Source: the human T2T-CHM13v2.0 reference genome, Homo sapiens. From it: 64,000 nt of DNA. The stretch is from assembly GCF_009914755.1 (NCBI RefSeq), contig NC_060936.1; one strand, 5' to 3'. A program made the position numbers and the translations under genes. Under the pieces are notes generated by a model, which did no database searches, was not told where the DNA came from, and saw only the letters and a list, made by a program, of their open reading frames with translations. Shown here piece after piece: positions 59,716 to 64,000 of the stretch (position 1 is its first letter; the number at the start of each line of letters is the position of its first letter).

Positions 59716-59945
59716 CAGCCTAGGCAACATGGCAAACCTTCTCTCTACCAAAAAAAAAAAAAAAAAAAAAAAAAACAGAAAAATTAGCTGGGTAAGGTGG
59801 CACGCACCTGTAATCCCAGCTACTTGGGAGGCTGAAGTAGTAGAATCACTGGAGGCCAGGAGTTTAAGACTGTGGTGAGCTATGACCACACCACTGCACT
59901 ACAGCCTGGGCAACAGAGTGAGACCCTGTCTCAAAAGAAAAGAAA
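59716..59945 (+). mobile_element. 5'-truncated AluJ
   Basis: CAGCCTAGGCAACATGGC...GAGACCCTGTCTCAAAAG. Confidence 0.88.
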
Positions 59946-59957
59946 ATGACACATTGC

Positions 59958-60248
59958 GGCTGGGTGCGTTGGCTCATGCCTGTAATCCCAGCACTGTGGG
60001 AGGCCGAGGCGGGCAGATCACGAGGTCAGGAGATCGAGATCATCCCGGCTAACACAGTGAAACCCCGTCTCTACTAAAAATACAAAAATTAGCCTGGCAT
60101 GGTGGCGGGCACCTGTAGTCCCAGCTACTCGGGAGGCTGAGGCAGGAGGAGAATGGGGTGACCCAGGAGGCGGAGCTTGCAGTGAACCAAGATGGCGCCA
60201 CTGCACTCCAGCCTGGGCTACAGAGTGAGACTCTGTCTCAAAAAAAAA
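59958..60248 (+). mobile_element. AluY
   Basis: Diagnostic GATCACGAGGTCAGGAGATCGAGA..ATCCCGGCTAACAC and GCGGAGCTTGCAGTG. Confidence 0.9.
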
Positions 60249-61062
60249 GGCACATTGCATAACAAGGTATGGGATATCCTCTGAGTAAAACAAAGGAAAG
60301 AAAGATTCTGCTTCTGTATTTGCTTGAATATAAGTAAAGTATCTTTAGAAGAACACAGAATAAAGGTGGGCACCTCTGGAGGAAGAAGACTTTGATGTTG
60401 AATTCTTCTGTGCTGTTGCCATTTTTATCCTATGCATATCATACTTTAGCAGTGTCAAAATGGTACTGTTTTTAAAATGAGTATCATGGAAAGAGAACCT
60501 GGATTCTTGAAGTCAAATTTGGAAGCAAGTACTGGCTCTGTTATTTACTGGAGGGGTGACCTTCGATAAGCAATGGCAGCTCTCTATGCCTCACTTTTGC
60601 CATCTGTAAAATGGTGGTCACCCAGAGCAGGGACAGGTGTCGGCGTAATCGTGTACTGAAACCGCTGAGCCAGCCTGCGCTTCACCCACAGTTCCTAGCT
60701 GTTCTTATCGCCAGCTGCAGGCTGGAAGGAGGTGCTGTTTCTGGCTGTGCTAGGCCCAGAGCCCTTCGTGGGGGTGTCCAGCACTGGCTGAGTAGGGTGC
60801 TGAGGACAGAGGTCTGGCCCTGAGCCCCGAGGGGACCCCGGCACACACTCAGTGCAGCCCCTGAGCCCATTAGCCTGGGTAGGCTCAGTAATGGAGCCCT
60901 CCCAAGAGGCCCAGCCCCTACAGTCACAGCTCTTCTAATGAGGCCCAGTCCCAGCTCAGCCTGGCCGAGGGGGACAAGCTGGGGGCTTGACAGTACCTGC
61001 CTGTGTCAGCTCCACGGTCCGAGGGGGCTGCCTGCAATGTAGGAGCTGCTAGGCAGTAGTTG

Positions 61063-61380
61063 GTCTCTCATTCTCCCTCTCTCTCTCATACCTCATCCCT
61101 CCCTCCCTGTCTTTCTGTTTGTCTCTGTGCCTGTCTCTCTCTCCCCCTCTCTTTCTGTATTTCTCTGTCTTTCACTCTGTCTTCAGACTCTGTTTTCTGG
61201 TCCTCTCTCTTTCACTCTCACTCTCTCCCTCCCTCCCTTCCTCCTCCTGCCCTCTGTTCTGCCCTCGCCCCCTTTCTGTCTCCGTCTCACTAGATTTCGC
61301 TTTCACGTCCTCTCTCGGCATTTCTCCTCTTTCCCACTCTCGGCATCCATCCTGCCTTCCCTTCCCTTCTCTCCTTTCCC
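61063..61380. repeat. CT-rich polypyrimidine low-complexity tract
   Basis: About 320 bp, mostly C/T on the + strand. Confidence 0.88.
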
Positions 61381-61937
61381 ACATCAGCTATCTAAGGGCT
61401 GCCTTAGTTGTCACTGTGGATGCTTAGTCAGGTGACACTTATGGGGACCAGCTGTGTACTGAGCCAGGTGCTGGGAATAGGAGGCAGGAATGTGGTCCAC
61501 CCAGGCCCCTGCCTTCAGGGGTGGACACTCCATGGGGGACGCAGGTGCTGAGAAAGTGGCATGAGGGCCTTGTGGGGAAGGCTAAGTTGCTATGACGTTA
61601 AGCTGAGACCCGAAGCATAAACTAGGCGGGGAACAGGGGAGCGGGAAGGGCACACGCGCAGGTCCTGAGGTCGGGTGGGGAAGAGGGAACTGAGCACATT
61701 CTGGCCACACCCGGCCACCAGGACCCATGGTTGCTGAGAGAGAGAAGGGCGACTCTGTGGCGTGAGGCTCGCAGCTGCACAGAGGCAGGGTCCCTGGGCT
61801 CGCCTTCAGCGCCGCCATCTGCCAGCTGTGTGACCTTGTATGACCTTGCCACTCTGAGCCTCTGTTTCCTTCTCTGCGAAGTGGAGATGGTGATGGTGCA
61901 TACCTGAGAGGGTCGCTGAGACATGTGCAGGTATTAA

Positions 61938-62252
<315 letters not shown>

Positions 62253-63329
62253 CAGCATGATGTATATTTTTACGCTCTAAGTATGAATGTGCTTAGAACT
62301 TGCCAGTGCAGAGCTGGGGCTATCCAGATGTTCACTTATGCTACCCTTGGTGGCGTTATTCGTGCTTCCTGCTCACAGTGCAATGCCAGGCCTCCATATC
62401 ACCCAGCAGCCTGCAGGTTCAGTGACGCCGGCATCAGGACCCATCCTTCCCTTGCTCGTGACTCCTGTAGCATTGGGGCCTTTGCACCTGCTGTGCCCCC
62501 TCATAACGGACTCTTGCCCAGAGAGTCACATGGCCTGAGTCCCCGCTCGTTTAGGTCTTTGCCTAAAAGTCACCTCTTCCATGACCCTCCCCTGGCCCCC
62601 CCACTGCTCTGTGTGAAATTGCAGCTCTCTACCACCACCTCCCCCTACTCCTGACCCCTTTCCCTGCTTGAGTGTCCTCCCTCCCCATGTCCACACCTAA
62701 ACGCATTTCAGTGGCTCATGTGGCTCATAGGTTGGAGACCTGGCTGGGGATTGGGGTACCCTGGCCTTGGGGCCTGCCACCCCTGGGCACCCCCGTGCCA
62801 CTGGTGCCTGGAGTTGGCCTGTCTGTGCACAACAGGCCGGCTGGGTCTCCTGAGGTGCCACTCAGTCTCCTGAGTGGCATCTGTCCATGCAGAGCTCCAG
62901 CCTGGGGTTTCTGTGGCCCCCTGTCCAGGTGACCATGGACTGGCCCACTGGCCTGCTTCTTCACTGCTGGCTTTGGCCCACAGATGTCTGTGCTGGGGGC
63001 AGGGGTGATGGGGCTGAGAATGGGCCTGGAGTGCTGGCTCAGATCTGTTGAAGAGCCAGGTCCAACAGAGCCCCAGGTGGGCACAGCTGCCAGGCACCCT
63101 GCACCCCAGAGCCATCGATCACAGGCTTGCACTGAGTCACTCTGTTTTTAAACTTGGCCTATCTCATTTTCTTACGTCCCTCAAGGACATATTTCGAAAA
63201 CCTTCAGTGGGCTGGCCAGGCTGTGTGGCATAGCCCTGGAAATCGATGACAGCTGAGTGGCAGGGGGGCTCAGGAATACTATGCAAATGCATCATTTGGC
63301 TCTCCAGGCCACTTCTGGCCTTGTTCCTT

Positions 63330-64000
63330 CAGCAAGCATTTATTGAGCACCTACTGTGTGTACTTTGTGGAATGGATTTTTCTACGTCAATAGACAGGTT
63401 ACTAACACAAGTGTCTGCAACATCAGAAATCAAGAGCAGGTGAGAAATGGCGGAGGAAGAGGACGATGCAGTGTGGAGGAGGAGCAGGTGCTGTGTGCCA
63501 GGTGCTGCCCTGGGCTGGGACATGGCAAGAGAGACACGGACCCTGCCATCAGCATTGGGCAGGAGAGACTGCTGGACACCAGCAAAGGTGCTATCAAAGC
63601 AGCGTGCAGAGCTCTGTGAAGGAAGCCACCAGGGGCCGAGGGAGAGGAAGAACAGGGGTCCCATGTAGCAGGATGGCCAGGGAAGGCCAGCAGGAGCCAG
63701 TTATAGGAAAAATCTAGGGAGAAAGAGGTCCAGGCATGGGAACAGCAGGTGCAAAGGTCCTGAGGTAGCCAGATGCTTGGCCAAAGAACGTCAGAGTGGT
63801 TGGAACCCAGAGAGCGGGGGGGAAAGGAGGGCAGAGAAGTGGGCGGGGCCAGGTCACACTCAGCTTGCTGGCCCTGGGGAGCATTTGGTGCCCCAGCCTC
63901 AGGAGCAATGGGAAGTCACCCCTCTTGTCACGGCAGGTTTTAGGCTGCGGAGCGGTAGGATCTGATTCATGTTTGTGAACGCACCCATGGTTGTTGGAAG
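63330..64000 (-). mobile_element. L2 fragments
   Basis: CAAGCATTTATTGAGCACCTACTGTGTG; GGAACAGCAGGTGCAAAGGTCCTGAGG. Confidence 0.65.

Noticed and set aside
61808-61826. CTCF-like motifs (also near 13512 and 35712)
   Set aside because: Each has mismatches at informative positions; cannot be supported without ChIP data

Overview
This is primate (human-like) non-coding genomic DNA. It has about 28 Alu copies, many MIR, L2 and old L1 fragments, hAT and Tigger DNA transposons, and several LTR elements. I find no credible host protein-coding exon, RNA gene or CRISPR array. The long ORFs are Alu-, ERV- or low-complexity-derived. The first 10 kb is a decayed minus-strand ERV-L provirus (MLT2 LTRs, tRNA-Leu PBS, gag-pro-RT-RNaseH, integrase deleted, dUTPase). 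It carries a complete THE1A MaLR provirus in gag, a solo THE1 LTR and two Alus. The rest alternates repeats with repeat-free islands rich in homeodomain, PBX/MEIS and OCT motifs (about 13.4, 15.4, 17.5-18.8, 26.0-26.7, 29.5-31.4, 44.9, 47.4-48.1, 50-51 and 56.0-57.9 kb). These look like conserved developmental enhancers, which is inference because conservation cannot be seen here. The signals not explained by known repeats are a CpG-rich 44-bp non-repeat doublet 3,332 bp apart, other short local doublets, an L1-derived 33-bp minisatellite forming a GGAAGT array, a 42-bp AT-rich palindrome and several template-switch-type hairpins. Repeat subfamily calls are from recalled consensus sequences and need RepeatMasker/Dfam confirmation. 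I cannot assign the genomic locus from the sequence alone.
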